A stretch of DNA of 64,000 bases from Octopus sinensis (taxonomy: Eukaryota), in assembly GCF_006345805.1 (NCBI RefSeq), contig NC_043000.1, forward strand, positions 95,108,001 to 95,172,000, written 5' to 3'. The notes beneath the pieces were generated by a model, which made no database searches, was not told where the DNA came from, and worked only from the letters and a program-made list of their open reading frames with translations. Positions 1 to 12,177 of the stretch are shown in pieces. The translations under genes and the position numbers were made by a program. How positions within the stretch are numbered: the stretch's first letter is position 1; each line of letters opens with the position of its first letter.

Positions 1-148
1 TTGCACGTTAATTTCACGAGCAGGCTGTTCCGTTGATCGGATCAACGGGAACACTCGTGTCAGTTTTAGTCTATTCCGATCAGCTCGTTATGATTGACCG
101 TTGAACACTGCACATTTTTTCTCTCTCCGTTCCCCCATCCACTTGATC

Positions 149-184
149 CTTTCTGTCGAAGAGCGTAGGCTCGAAACGTAAAAG
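149..184 (+). ncRNA. Minimal type I hammerhead ribozyme-like motif, variant core (family A)
   Basis: CUUU-CUGUCGA-A-GAGC(GUAG)GCUC-GAAA-CGUA-AAAG. Stem I is CUUU/AAAG, stem II is 4 bp, stem III is the palindrome ACGU, triplet GUA. A6 is replaced by U and there is an extra A after A9. Host repeat spans about 110-275. Confidence 0.6.
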
Positions 185-390
185 ACTGTTCCATTCTTCC
201 AGAGCGTTAAACTAATGCGCCTGTTTTCTGTTCCTACACCTGTCTTCGTCTTTTGTTTTCTGTAAATTTGTACTATATATACATATATATTGTATGTATG
301 TATGCATGTATGTATGTATGTATGTATGTATGTATGTATGTATGTATGTATGTATGTATTATGTATGTTGACATACACACACACACACAC

Positions 391-421
<31 letters not shown>

Positions 422-899
422 GAGAGAAAGAGAAAGATGAAATGGTGATCGTCGTTCGACAATGAGGATTGAGCTGTTCGATCAACTGAGTTACCTGCTC
501 ATGAATTCATTTAAAAGTGGCTGAGGATTCCACAAACATGTGGCGCCTCAGCGTAGTTCTCAACCAGAGTCAGCAGACCATATTGTGTTGCCAGAATGAA
601 TCTTTTCATCACAGGCACAATCCATGCAGTAGGCATCTAAACAGTTTCTATCCACAAGATGGAGCGGAGGTTATAAAAAATTTCATTAATTGACCGAGAT
701 GCCACAAAGCAAGTCATGCAGTAAAAATTTTAAGCAATTGCCCTCGGATGCGAGGTAAGCCGCTTGCTTCCCAACCAAAATATTTCGAGTTCAGCCCCAC
801 TGCGTGGCACGTTATGCAAGTGTCTTCTACTATAGTCTCACGCCAACCAATCCTTGAGAGTGGATTTGGTAGACGAAAACTGAAAGAAGTCCGTCGTGC

Positions 900-933
<34 letters not shown>

Positions 934-934
934 T

Positions 935-1305
935 AATAAAAGGAATTCCAACCTTGTCTGATTTTCACGTTTTATTTACAATCTTATAATGATATAATAT
1001 AATATAATATAATATAATAAAATAAAATAATAGAATGTTAAATGTTTATTCTGATTGAACTAGTACTTTCATGCATTAAATTCTGCAATCTTCAGGTTCA
1101 TGTAGTAGTGGTGACAGTCATGCTTCACAATTTTTGACTGTAGCGAGATGATTGAATCTGTGTAGGCTCTAGATTGCTAGGTTTTGCAAACTGTATTCTG
1201 ACCAACCAGTGTGTAGTATTACTCAATTACGTAAGCTGATTGGTTGGTTGAGCTGATTGGTTTAGGCGTCACGCTTTGTTGAACATGTCACGAGTCCTGT
1301 ATATT
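935..1305 (-). mobile_element. Penelope-like pLTR or retrozyme-type non-autonomous element (family B)
   Basis: Non-coding block between two (TA)n tracts. The minus strand reads two CCAATCAG boxes, then a hammerhead motif, then AATAAA. Confidence 0.55.
1056..1100 (-). ncRNA. Type I hammerhead ribozyme (family B)
   Basis: Minus strand: UGAAC-CUGAAGA-U-UGCA(GAAUUUAA)UGCA-U-GAAA-GUAC-UA-GUUCA. Perfect 5-bp stem I, palindromic stem III AGUACU, triplet CUA. Stem II closes with U-U. Confidence 0.7.
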
Positions 1306-1325
1306 TACATATATATATATATATA

Positions 1326-1650
1326 GTCAAAATTAGCAACAAGGATATCCAAAGGTAGTGTAGTACAATCGTTTCATGCTACTTCATTTAATTAAACAAT
1401 GTAAGTATTACACCAGTTTTAAAATGTAGAGCACTCTTCAGCCACATATGGAATTTTTTAAATTAAATTGACAATGTTCATTTTTATACTTATTCCATTT
1501 GCCAACATTACAAAGAGGGTAAAATGATTGTACTACACTACCTTTGGATATCCTTGTTGCTTATTTTGATTATAATCACCCATCTGATTTATATGGATAA
1601 TACCATACCAATATGGTGCCTTTAACTTAAGTACCATATTCATCTGTAAC
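1326..1650. mobile_element. Hammerhead-bearing non-autonomous element with internal inversion (family C)
   Basis: About 45 bp inverted repeat (1326-1370 vs about 1526-1570). The right half matches 16910-17045. Begins at a (TA)n tract. Confidence 0.6.
1358..1447 (-). ncRNA. Type I hammerhead ribozyme (family C)
   Basis: Minus strand: AUGUGG-CUGAAGA-GUGCU...AGCAU-GAAA-CGAUUG-UA-CUACAC. Stem I is 5 bp, stem II is extended, stem III is the near-palindrome ACGAUUGU, triplet GUA. Confidence 0.65.
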
Positions 1651-2122
1651 AGATATTGTTATATTTCGGAATGGTCATTTTTCCAGTTTAGCCAATAAAA
1701 ACACACGCACTATATATTTGGTGTTATTTTGCTTCAGTGTTATTTATTTTTTACATTAATCTTAATCTTATTTCGGCCAGAGTTCTTTCGTCACACTCCT
1801 GTGACCGCATCAGTGGTCCTTTGTTTTCTTCTTTCTTATTTGTATATCTCCTTACTAACCGTCAGACATTTTGTATTTCTATTGTATGTCTTCATTTGTG
1901 CATGCTTATATCTCTATGTGCGTCGATGTTTAGTTAGTGTGTGGGGGGATGCCTGTAATATTTGTATCTTCTGTTTATATACGTTCGTGTAATTTGTTTT
2001 TGTTGTTGTTGTTTTTGTTTATTCTTATTTTGTTCATGTTTACATCCACTTATTATTATTATTACGTATGCTTGTATGTATGTATAACAACAATACTAGC
2101 AATAATAATAATAATAATAATA

Positions 2123-2155
<33 letters not shown>

Positions 2156-2288
2156 TAATAATAATAATAAATAAAAAAAATTTTGTATAAATTGAACAAA
2201 AAAAAACTTAGTTATTTATTTTTATTTGTTTATTTATCTGTGTATTTTATTTATTATTTTCTGCACACAAGCCTATACATACATACAT

Positions 2289-2345
<57 letters not shown>

Positions 2346-2348
2346 TAC

Positions 2349-2383
<35 letters not shown>

Positions 2384-2979
2384 TTATGTATGTATGTATG
2401 TATGTATAGGCCTGAGTGCAAAACATTTTTTCAGAAAAATTCCTTTCTTTACGGGGATATGTTTTTCGAGAGGGCACCAGTTTTGCGCTATTACAGATTG
2501 ATAATTCTGGTTATCGCACGTGTTCTTATGTACAAATGTTTGTGGTTGGTTAGTTTGACCATTATTAGTACCTTCCACTTTCGAAAATCCTGTTCTATCT
2601 ATGGAAACTTCATTCTTTTCGATATACGAGAAATAATTACTAGTTTAAAGAAAATTGTGAATACACATAGAATATTCACAATATAGGAACAAAAGTTTTA
2701 CCATTCAGGTGGAATAATTTTCTACATTCTAGAGAAACTAAAAATAGCATTTGAAATGTCACAAGAAGCCATTGTTTATTTAATGTATCATAAGCAAGTA
2801 TGGACGCTAACAACTAGCTGGAACGTCACGTAGGCAAAAAAGAACTTAATATAACTACACAATGATTAAAAAGTGAATATTCTATGTGTATTCTCTGTTT
2901 CTTAAAACAATTAATTTTATATGTATGCAAGTATGTATGTATGTATGTATGTATATTATGAATATGTGGGGGGATATGG

Positions 2980-3240
2980 AAGCACTCCGTCGGTTACGAC
3001 GATGAGGGTTCCCGTTGATCCGAATCAACGGAACAGCCTGCTCGTGAAATTACCGTGTAAGTGGCTGAGCACTCCACAGACACGTGCACCCTTAACGTAG
3101 TTCTCGGGGATATTCAGTGTGACACAGAGAGTGACAAGGCCGGCCCCTTGAAATACAGGTACAACAGAAACAGGAAGTAAGAGTGAGAGAAAGTTGTGGT
3201 GAAAGAGTACAGCAGGGATCACCACCATCCCCTGCCGGAT
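2980..3240 (-). mobile_element. tRNA-derived SINE family S3, 3' portion
   Basis: Shares ccgtcggttacgacga...gttgatccgatcaacggaacagcctgctcgtgaaatt with 24090-24415, 46085-46400 and, reversed, 1-60. Confidence 0.7.
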
Positions 3241-3626
3241 ATGAATATGTATGTACCTGTGTGTGTGTCAGTGTTTATCCCCCCATCACCGTTTGACATC
3301 CGGTGTTGGTGTGTTTACGTCCCTGTAACTTAGCAGTTCGGCAGGAGAACCGGTAGAGTAAGTACTACTCTTAAGAAATAAGTACTGGGGTCAATTTCTT
3401 CGACTAAAAACCCCTTCAAGATATTGCTCCAACATGGCCGAAGTCAAATGACTAATAAAAGTAAAAGAAAAAAAAGAATACCACGCATAAACACACAGAC
3501 ACATGCACGCATACACGCATACAAACATACGCACACGCACGCTCACAAACACATATATGTAAAGGAGAAGAGATAGAGAGCCTCTAGGACAAGATAATTA
3601 TTATTAGCATAACTAAGATGGTTACT

Positions 3627-3695
<69 letters not shown>

Positions 3696-3928
3696 TGCAG
3701 GGGTTGGACAAAATAATGGAAACACCTTAAAGTTTCAAACAAATTTATTTTAAAATGGGGTAGTACCGCCTTTGGCAGTAATTACAGCTTCAATTCTACG
3801 AGGTATGGACCAGTGCAAAGTTTGAATTGTTTCCAAAGGAATTTTTGTCCATTCTTCAACTAAAATAGTCTCCAGTTCTTGTAGTGATGATGGTAGAGGA
3901 TATCGACTCCTTGTTTTTCTAAAATGCA

Positions 3929-4656
3929 CTATAAATATTCAATAACATTGAGATCTGGGAACCGTGGTAGCCAGTTAAGATATTCAACTTCACTAGAATG
4001 TCCCTCGTGCCATTCAGTAACAACTTTAGCTGTGTGAATTGGTGCATTATCATCTTGAAAGATTGCGTTTCCCTCCGGAAACAGTTCCACAACAATAGGA
4101 TGAATTTCATCAAATACAATACTTAAATACTTGACTATTAATTCTACCATTAAGAGAAATCATTGGGCCGGCGGATTTCCAAGATATACCCACCCGCTCA
4201 GATCATCACAGAATCCTCCTCCATGTTTAACAGCTGGAAGAAAGCAGTCTGGGTCAAATGCTTCTTTTGGCTGTCTCAACATGTATACTCGGCCGGTGGT
4301 CGGAAATAAGGTAAAGGATGACTCGTCCGAGAAAATAACATTCTTCCACTGTCCCGGTTCTGAAGGTTTTTACTCAACTCTAAATATTTTGCAACATTTG
4401 TTTTTGAAAGTAGCGGTTTTCTAATTGCAGCCCACCCATGAAATCCGGTTTTGTGCAGTTCTCGGCTACCAGTTTTTGTGGAAACTGGGTTTTCGAGGTG
4501 GTCATTAAGCTCTGCAGTAATTTCGGTAGCTGTACTTTTGTGATCCTTTCTAACAATTCGCGTAAGAGTCCGACAATTCCTATCTGAATATTTTGGTTTT
4601 CTTCTGGAGTTCTGTTTCAACGAGGAGGTTTTTCCCACTTTCTCAAAGGTTGTCAT
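3929..4656 (-). pseudogene. Tc1 transposase fragments (HTH and DDE)
   Basis: Peptides RIVRKDHKSTATEITAEL...GFHGWAAIRKPLLSKTN and IFQDDNAPIHTAK...WLPRFPDLNVIEYL, broken by frameshifts. Confidence 0.88.
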
Positions 4657-4713
4657 TACTTTCGAGTACTTCTTGATACACCAAACATTTCGGCTGTTTT
4701 CGTTACGCTAGTG

Positions 4714-4929
4714 CAGGGGTGGGCAAACTACGGCCCGCGGGCCGCATGCGGCCCGCCATAGGTTTTCATGCGGCCCGCCGAGAGCTTTTATGAATCCCAA
4801 CTTCTATGCAGATACTTCGTAACTGTACGGTAATTCACAATATTTTCACTTGATTTTTATAAATGAGGCCCGCCAAGATTCCAAAGACGCACTGTGCGGC
4901 CCGCGATCAAAAAAGTTTGCCCACCCCTG
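4714..4929. mobile_element. hAT (Charlie-like) MITE nested in the Tc1
   Basis: Perfect 16-bp TIR CAGGGGTGGGCAAACT. Exact 8-bp TSD CGCTAGTG at 4706-4713 and 4930-4937. GGCCCGC subterminal motifs. Confidence 0.93.
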
Positions 4930-5178
4930 CGCTAGTGCCTACCGTACGAGCACCAACAATTTGACCTCTTTGGAAGTCTGATAGATCTGTCATTTTAATG
5001 AATTTTAATTATCTGAAAAGAAACAGCAATTTTAGCAAAGCATATTAAGCAACACTAATAATGAATCAAATAAACAAGCTTTTGATGGTTTTATAGATGT
5101 TTCAAAATTATGATGCTATGATGCTAGGTGTTTCCATTATTATTGTCCAACCCCTGTATATGTATGTATATATATATA

Positions 5179-5398
5179 TTCTTTTATTCGTTTAATTCTT
5201 TCAACCATTTGACTGCGGCCATGCTGGAGCACCGCCTTTAGTCGAACAAATCGACCCCAGGACTTATACTTTGTAAGCCTAGTACTTATTCTATCAGTGT
5301 CTATTGCCGAACCACTAAATTACGGGGACACCAACATCGTTGTCAAGCGATGTTTGGGGTACAAACACAGGTACACAAATACATACATACACACATTT

Positions 5399-5444
<46 letters not shown>

Positions 5445-5590
5445 GACAGGCTTCTTTCGATTTCCGTCTACCAAATCCACTCACAAAGCTATTATAGAAG
5501 ACGCTTGCCCAAGGTACCACGCAGTGGGACTGAACCAGGAACCATATTGTTAGGAAGTAAGCTTCTTACTACACAGCCACTCCTGCGCCT
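5179..5590 (-). mobile_element. tRNA-derived SINE family S1, near full length
   Basis: Head ggcgcaggagtggctgtgtggtaag...ggttcagtcccactgcgtgg with A/B-box-like motifs, an internal TA/CA microsatellite, and tail gcatggccgcagtcaaatg. About 20 whole or partial copies occur in the window. Confidence 0.85.
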
Positions 5591-5651
<61 letters not shown>

Positions 5652-5687
5652 ATAATCATATATATATACATATACATATACATATAT

Positions 5688-5767
<80 letters not shown>

Positions 5768-6111
5768 CGTGTCTAAATATGTGTGTGTGTGTATACCCGA
5801 TAAATTTAAAGTAATTAAATCACGTTTTAAAACCTCCTCTGTAGAACTTTAAACAGATGTGAATACATCTCTTTTCGTGCAGAGAAAATATAAGATATTA
5901 TTTCAACATATTTCGAGGTTTGTTAACCACTCATGTGGAGCTTAGCAAAGTACTAATTAAATCAACTTGAAATTTATCTGTAATAGACACACTAATTTCC
6001 ATATCAGCATTAGTCGACGACCTGATTAGAGGATTAATAAACGGTTTCCTATGAAACTGCGCGTGTTAAAAAAGTTTATTTGATACTTCACTATTATTAT
6101 TATCATTATTA

Positions 6112-6168
<57 letters not shown>

Positions 6169-6239
6169 TTATTATTATTGTTATTGTTGTTGTTGTTGTT
6201 GTTGTGGTTGTTGTTGCTGTTGTTCTTGTTGTTATTTAC

Positions 6240-8290
6240 TTTTAATCTGCACGTTTGTTACAATCACTTGCCGAGACACACTCAGTGTCCTAGGGCGAGT
6301 GTCCTAGGGCGAGTGAAGAATAAGAGATGTTTGGGGAAGTCAAGTGGCAGGGGCAGTAGCAAAATATCATCTAATACAACACAGACATTTAAACTGACAG
6401 GATTTTTCTAAGGATTTGGACTGTACTTGTCAGCACAATATTTTGGATTTCTCTGAAACATGGTTCTCCTGGGATGTTATCTAAATGTTTTTAACATCCT
6501 AACATCCGTTTTTATCATACCTGGGGTACCCGCAGTAACAGGAATAGTTCTCGCTTTAAGGTGCCACATCTTTTGTATTTCAATTTCCAGGTCCTTATAT
6601 TTACTTAATTTGTTAAATTCCTTGACAGATATATTTTTATCAGTGGGAACACTAACATCTATCAGTCTACAAGTATTTTCTTCCCTGTCCTTAATTACTA
6701 TTTCTGGTTGATTAGCATGGATCGTTCTGTCGGTGTTGACTGGAAAATTCCAGAGGATAGTGACATTTTTACCCTTAACGACATTTTTACCTTCAACGAT
6801 GATGTTCATACCAGTAAGCAGGAGTGCTGATTTTGTAGTATTTACGTATTTTTCAATGTAAAGACTGTCCTACTCTATCATAGTGATTTTTATATTCATT
6901 TGGTATCAGTACAGGACATCACAAGATGAGATGGTCTATTGTTTCATAAAATGTGTCGCAAAATCTGCATTTAGGGTAGGACCATTTTGAAGAACGTTAA
7001 CGTTGTAGTTTTTTGTAAACAAGCTTTGATCTTGTGCCGCCAATATGAAACCTTCCGTCTCTGCTTTCAGTCCTGAGCTTCTCAGTTACTAATGGGTTGT
7101 TGCTTGGTCTATATTAGCATTTCGGCTTCGAAGTATATACTGCTCCACTGCTCCTCGATTTGTTTCTACCCTTTCTTTTTTGTAATCTGCTTGATCCGCT
7201 TTGATTGTTTGGTGGTTTCAGATTCTTCATCTAATTCAGGATTAATTCAAAGTTCTCTAGCGAATTTGAAAGCTTCTTTGACAATAGAATGTGATTTTTG
7301 TTGCATTTGTGTTTGCACATAAGTCGCAGCATCCAGTCCTCTGTGCTAGATAAGTACCTATTCATTGCTATTGTGGAGGTCTTATACCACAGTTCTACCT
7401 GCATCATTCCTTTTCCCTCGTTACTTCTAGGTAGATACAGGCGATCAACGTCTAATTTTCGGTGGTGCATGTTCTTAGATGTTTTCTTGTTTTCTTGTCC
7501 AGGTGTTGGAGCTTTGTAAGATTCCAGTTAATGATGTTAAAACTGCATTGGACTACTGGAAGTGCCAGAATGTTAATGGCTGAATGCGAGTTTTGGAGCT
7601 GAGTTCAGTTTTTGGAATGAGTCTTATTCCCCTGTAATGCTCCCTTCTTAGTTTTACTTTCATAATAGCATGTTGTATACCATCTCTTCGTTTATCCCCT
7701 GGTATTTATTACTATCATGTGAGTCAATCTCCTTGACGGTAGCGTCGGTATCTAATTAAATGGAAGCTGTTTGCCTGAGCTTGCCTCTAATAACAGTTGC
7801 TTTAGCACACTTATCAAGGCCAAAATCCATCCTGATGTCATTACTGAACTCTTTAACAGTTGTTAGCAAGTCTACTATCTCTTTGTCATTTCTAGCAAAC
7901 AGCTTGAGGTCGACCATATAAAACAGATGGTTTGTTGTAGTAGTATAAACTTTAAAACCATACCTGGTGTTATTCAGTTCGTTTCAGAGTGGGATCAGTG
8001 CGATGCAAAAGACTAATTGGGGAGAGGGAGTCACCTTGAAAGATATCGTGTTTGATACTAATGTTGCTAAATTGGCTTATCCCACATTATTTACCCTCTT
8101 CCCGCACATTCTGCAGAAGTCCGATGCACTTGTGTGGTATAAATTCTTTTTCACTGAGTTGGTATTCAATGGTCCTGGGCCGCGATGATTAGGCTTTCAG
8201 TATTCTTTTTGGGGGTCACCCTGGTTGAGCCCCTTCAATGATGCTTCCTGGTCTTTTAACTTGGTTTCACGGTGAAACTGACCGTGTGGT
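6240..8290 (-). mobile_element. RLE-type non-LTR retrotransposon (R4/Dong-like), 5'-truncated and decayed
   Basis: RT motif HLFYMVDLKLF near 7900-7930. Peptide RKLDVDRLYLPRSNEGKGM. RLE peptide ILWNFPVNTDRTIHANQPEIVIKDREENTCRLIDVSVP...KLSKYKDLEIEI. (TAT)n lies on both flanks. Confidence 0.85.
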
Positions 8291-8334
8291 TATTACTATT
8301 ATTGTTATTATTATTATTATTATTATTATTGTTG

Positions 8335-8368
<34 letters not shown>

Positions 8369-8402
8369 ATTATATGTTTGTCTTGATATCTATTTGTACA
8401 AG

Positions 8403-8506
8403 TTGACTCAAGAGACAAGTTCGAAGTTCAAGTTGGTGTTATGACTAAGGTGTCATACGTTTGGTTTTGCGCAGAGTATTGTTCTAGAGAATGTCTGTCA
8501 AAACAA
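8403..8506. other. Possible coding exon, strand ambiguous
   Basis: Plus: ag|...DSRDKFEVQVGVMTKVSYVWFCAEYCSRECLSKQ|gtaaat. Minus: ttttgacag| at 8494 gives HSLEQYSAQNQTYDTLVITPT-stop. No homology was recognised. Confidence 0.2.
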
Positions 8507-8699
8507 GTAAATTGGAAGTTGGTTTTAAAAGTAATTTGATGATAAGATGATAGTCTGTTATGTACATTTGCTGTTATATACATTTAAACATATTTTGACA
8601 TTGTTTACGAATTAAAATGTTTTCGGCATTACATAGACAATATTTCACGTAGGATATGAATAGTTTCCATGAGAACTATTTTTTTTTATTTCTTCCATT

Positions 8700-9190
8700 T
8701 TTGGATTACCTGGTATCTGAAATAGCTAGCAATCAGCCCCTCTTGCTGTCATTCCTAGGACACCTATGACAACAGGTATTGTTTTATTCTTGAGGTTCCA
8801 CATTTTGCCAATTTTTATTCCAAGATCATTATACTTACACAGTTTTTGATAGGTCTTCACAGGTACATTTATGTTGATTGGGACAGTCATATCGATGAGG
8901 AGACATGATTTTTGTCTGAAACCCTTCAATATAATATCTGGCCTATTTGCATCTATCTTTCTATCAGTTTGAACAATAAAGTTCCAAAGGTGTGAGATGT
9001 GATCATTTTTAAGCACTGGGGGTGGTTTGTGTTTCTACTAGTTTTTATCATGGGGCAGGTACAAGTCTTTGCAAAATACCCAGTGAATATACTGTGCTGC
9101 TCTACCATGCCTTTTGATATCTTTTGAGATATTCTGTAGGCGCAAGAAGGATACACATGGAGAAAACATGATCGATGGTTTTATTTTGTT
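8700..9190 (-). mobile_element. Second R4/Dong-like LINE 3' remnant (RLE domain)
   Basis: LWNFIVQTDRKIDANRPDIILK...LLIDMTVP...KYNDLGIKIGKMWNLKNKTIPVVIGVLG is homologous to the 6477-6809 peptide. Confidence 0.82.
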
Positions 9191-9810
9191 GTTTACATAC
9201 ACGAAATAATAGAGCCAATATAATTGACTAAGCCCTCCGCCTAAAGCTGCTAGTCTTGTGCCGAAATTTGAAACAATTATTATCTTATTATTATCGTTAG
9301 AAAAGGGGGAAAGGCCAAGATATTTGTCAATGATTGAATTTCAGCATCACCACTGCTAAGCTCAGCCAACCAAAGAACGTGAAATCACAGTACTGCTTGT
9401 TATCGAAAACACTTGTCAATTTTGCTAGCTGCTAATAACAATAACGTGCTCGACAAAATGCTTCACACTATTTAATTCCGACTTTTCTCCGGGAATCTAT
9501 TTTGCTTTTCTTCATTTAGAAATCAATAAAATGTCGTTTTGATCAACTGCATCTTTTTTTCTTTGCAATGTTAACCTAGTGCTTTGGAAAGCATAATTAT
9601 TACATCGCTTCATCTGTTTAATGAGGTGAGCTATACCACCTTGTTATTTATTTGCATTGCCGGAGGATATCGCATGCAAAACCACTTGATGAAAATACAC
9701 TTCCCAATTACAGCTGAAGATAAAAAAAAATTACGGAGTTTCGTGTTACGTCTTTTTCGAATTTACATGGTTTTTTTTCTTTGTTTTCGTCTTTTTAAAG
9801 ATGTATGCAC

Positions 9811-10210
9811 AGGCGTGGCTATGTGGTAAGAAGCTTACTTTGCAACCACATGGTTCCGGGTTCAGTCCCACTGCTTGAGCAAATGTCTTCTATAGTTTCG
9901 GGTCAACCAAAGCCGTGTGAGTGGATTTGATAGACAAAAACTGAAAGAAGCCTGTCGTAAGTATGTATGTGTGTGTGTATCTGTGTGTTTGTGTCTGTGT
10001 TTGCCCTAACCACCAGCACTGCTCGACGACCGGTATTGGTGCGTTTACGTTCCCATAACTGAGCGGTTCGGCAAAGGAACCAATAAAATAAGTACCAAGC
10101 TTAAAGATAAGAAAATAAGTACTGGAGTCGATGCATTCGACTAAAATTCCTTGAGGCCTTGCCCCAGCATAGCCGCAGTCTAATGACTGAAACAAATAAA
10201 AGATAAAAAT
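9811..10210 (+). mobile_element. SINE S1 copy
   Basis: Head, internal microsatellite and tail match the other S1 copies. Confidence 0.82.
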
Positions 10211-10329
10211 ATATGCAAAAAAAGGAACCTCTACTTCAGTCAATTTTTCCGACTTTATATTGGTCTCGGAGGACATATTTAAACGAAAATAAATTCTACC
10301 TGTGGTAGAAAATCAAATTCTTTTTTCTT

Positions 10330-10522
10330 TTATTCTTTTATTTGTTACAGTCATTTGACTGCGGTCATGCTGGAACACCGCCTTTAGTCGAGTAAATCGA
10401 CCCCAATACTTATTCTATCGAACCGCTATGTGACGGGGACGTAAACACACCAGCATCGGTTGTCAAGCGATGCTGAGGGGGGACAAACACAGACACACAA
10501 ACATACACACACACACACACAC

Positions 10523-10582
<60 letters not shown>

Positions 10583-10745
10583 GACGGACTTCTTTCAGTT
10601 TCCGTCTACCAAATCCACTCACAAGGCTTTGATCGGCCCGAGGTTATAGTAGAAGACACTTGCCCAAAGTGCCACGCAGTGTGACTGAACCCGAAACAAT
10701 GTGGTTGGTAAGCAAGCTACGTACTACACAGCCACTCCTGCGCCT
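10330..10745 (-). mobile_element. SINE S1 copy, inverted relative to 9811-10210
   Basis: Reverse-complement S1 with a long internal (TA)n. Confidence 0.85.
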
Positions 10746-11843
10746 ATTTATGAAAATATATACAAATAGATATGGGCAAATCAATTTTTTTTTATGTTTT
10801 CAGTCTTACGTCGTTTTTCGAGATAAGATGCATGTCTTGGAATGAATTAGGGTACGCCTCTATTTATTATGTTTGCACCATAAGTATTTTGAAACTTCGA
10901 GAGATAGGAAATACATCGTTTTTATCTGTGGAACCTGAAACAGATAAAGTTATAAATAATGGCATATTGAATATTGGATTTTAAAAAAAACCTGGATGGA
11001 AAGAAAATATCGGAGGTTGCCTGGGATTTTTTAAACCAATTGTTCAGCATGCTATTATTAATATCTGCACCAGGATGATGAGCTGGTAGAATCCCTACCG
11101 CGCAGGATAACACTTCTCAGCATTTCCTTCTAATTTTTCGTTCTGAGTTCTAATTCCGCTGTAGTCAACGTTTTCTTTCACTCCTTTGGTGTCAATAAAA
11201 TAAGTACCAGCTGAGAACTAAGGCCGATATAATCGACAGGCCCCGCTCCCCTAAAATTTAAGGCTTTGTGCTTATAATAGATAGAATTATTTATAGCTTT
11301 CTCTAGTTCTAGGTATACCGTTACAAACAATATATTTTGTTTTATCTTTTACTTGTTTCAATCATTAGACTGTAGCCATGCTGGGGCACTGCCTTACGGA
11401 ATTTTAGTCGGACAAATCGACCCAACATTTATTTTCTTTTAAAGTGTAGTACTTGTTCTATCGGTTTCAAATTGCCGAATCACTAGGTTACGAGGATGTA
11501 AACACACCAATACCGGTTGTCAAACGGTAACGGGAGATAAACTCAGACACAAAGACACAAAATATATATAGGCGCAGGAGTGGCTGTGGTAATTAGCTTG
11601 CTTACCAACCACATGGTTCTGGGTTCAGTTCCACTGCTTGGCACCTTGGGCAAGTGTCTTCTACAATAGCTTCGGGCAGACCAAAATCTTGTGAGTGGAT
11701 TTGGTAGACGGAAACTGAAAGAAGCCTATCATATATATATATAAAGTTAATCCAAACAAGAAAGCACAAAAAAACACAATAACGCGAGGACATGGAACAA
11801 GTATAGTATTATTGGACGCTCAGGAAAGAAGGAAAGAAGGAGG

Positions 11844-11878
11844 GTTTGACGTTTCGAGCGGAGCTCTTCGTCGGAAAC
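11844..11878 (-). ncRNA. Minimal hammerhead-like motif, variant core (family A-related)
   Basis: Minus strand: GUUU-CCGACGA-A-GAGC(UCC)GCUC-GAAA-CGUC-AAAC. U4 is replaced by C, and there is an extra A after A9. The host element (about 11745-11945) splits an S1 SINE at its internal (TA)n. Confidence 0.6.
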
Positions 11879-12177
11879 ATAGGAGAAGGACAGATCCAGA
11901 GAATGGAAGACAGAGGAAAAATCGCCAACGGTACTCACGAGGTCGCGTGTCTATGTTTGTCCCTCTAACATAGCTTGACAACGGATGCTGGTGTGTTTAC
12001 AGCAAAAGAAACCGATAGAATAAGTACTAGGTTTGCGAAGAATAAGTCCTGGGGTCGATTTGTTCGACTACAAGCGGTGCTCCAGCCTGGCCGCAGTTAA
12101 ATGACTGAAACAAGTAAAAGAATAAAAGAATATATATATATATATATATATATAAAGAGAGAGAGAGAGAGATGAAA

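Larger units (their letters stand above)
3698..5156 (-). mobile_element. Full-length Tc1-family DNA transposon, decayed
   Basis: About 30 bp TIRs: CAGGGGTTGGACAAAATAATGGAAACACCT at 3698 and its reverse complement (1 indel) ending at 5156, followed by TA. Internal transposase fragments are present. Confidence 0.92.

Noticed and set aside
5780-6075. CTGATTA...GAAACTGCGCGTG hammerhead-like string at about 6020-6065
   Set aside because: G8 is lost, there is no NUH triplet and no stem I. It is at most a decayed relic.
9371-9431. Minus-strand peptide QLAKLTSVFDNKQYCDFTFF resembling the start of a BTB domain
   Set aside because: It is only 20 codons with a weak donor, and no continuing BTB exon was found, so chance similarity is likely.
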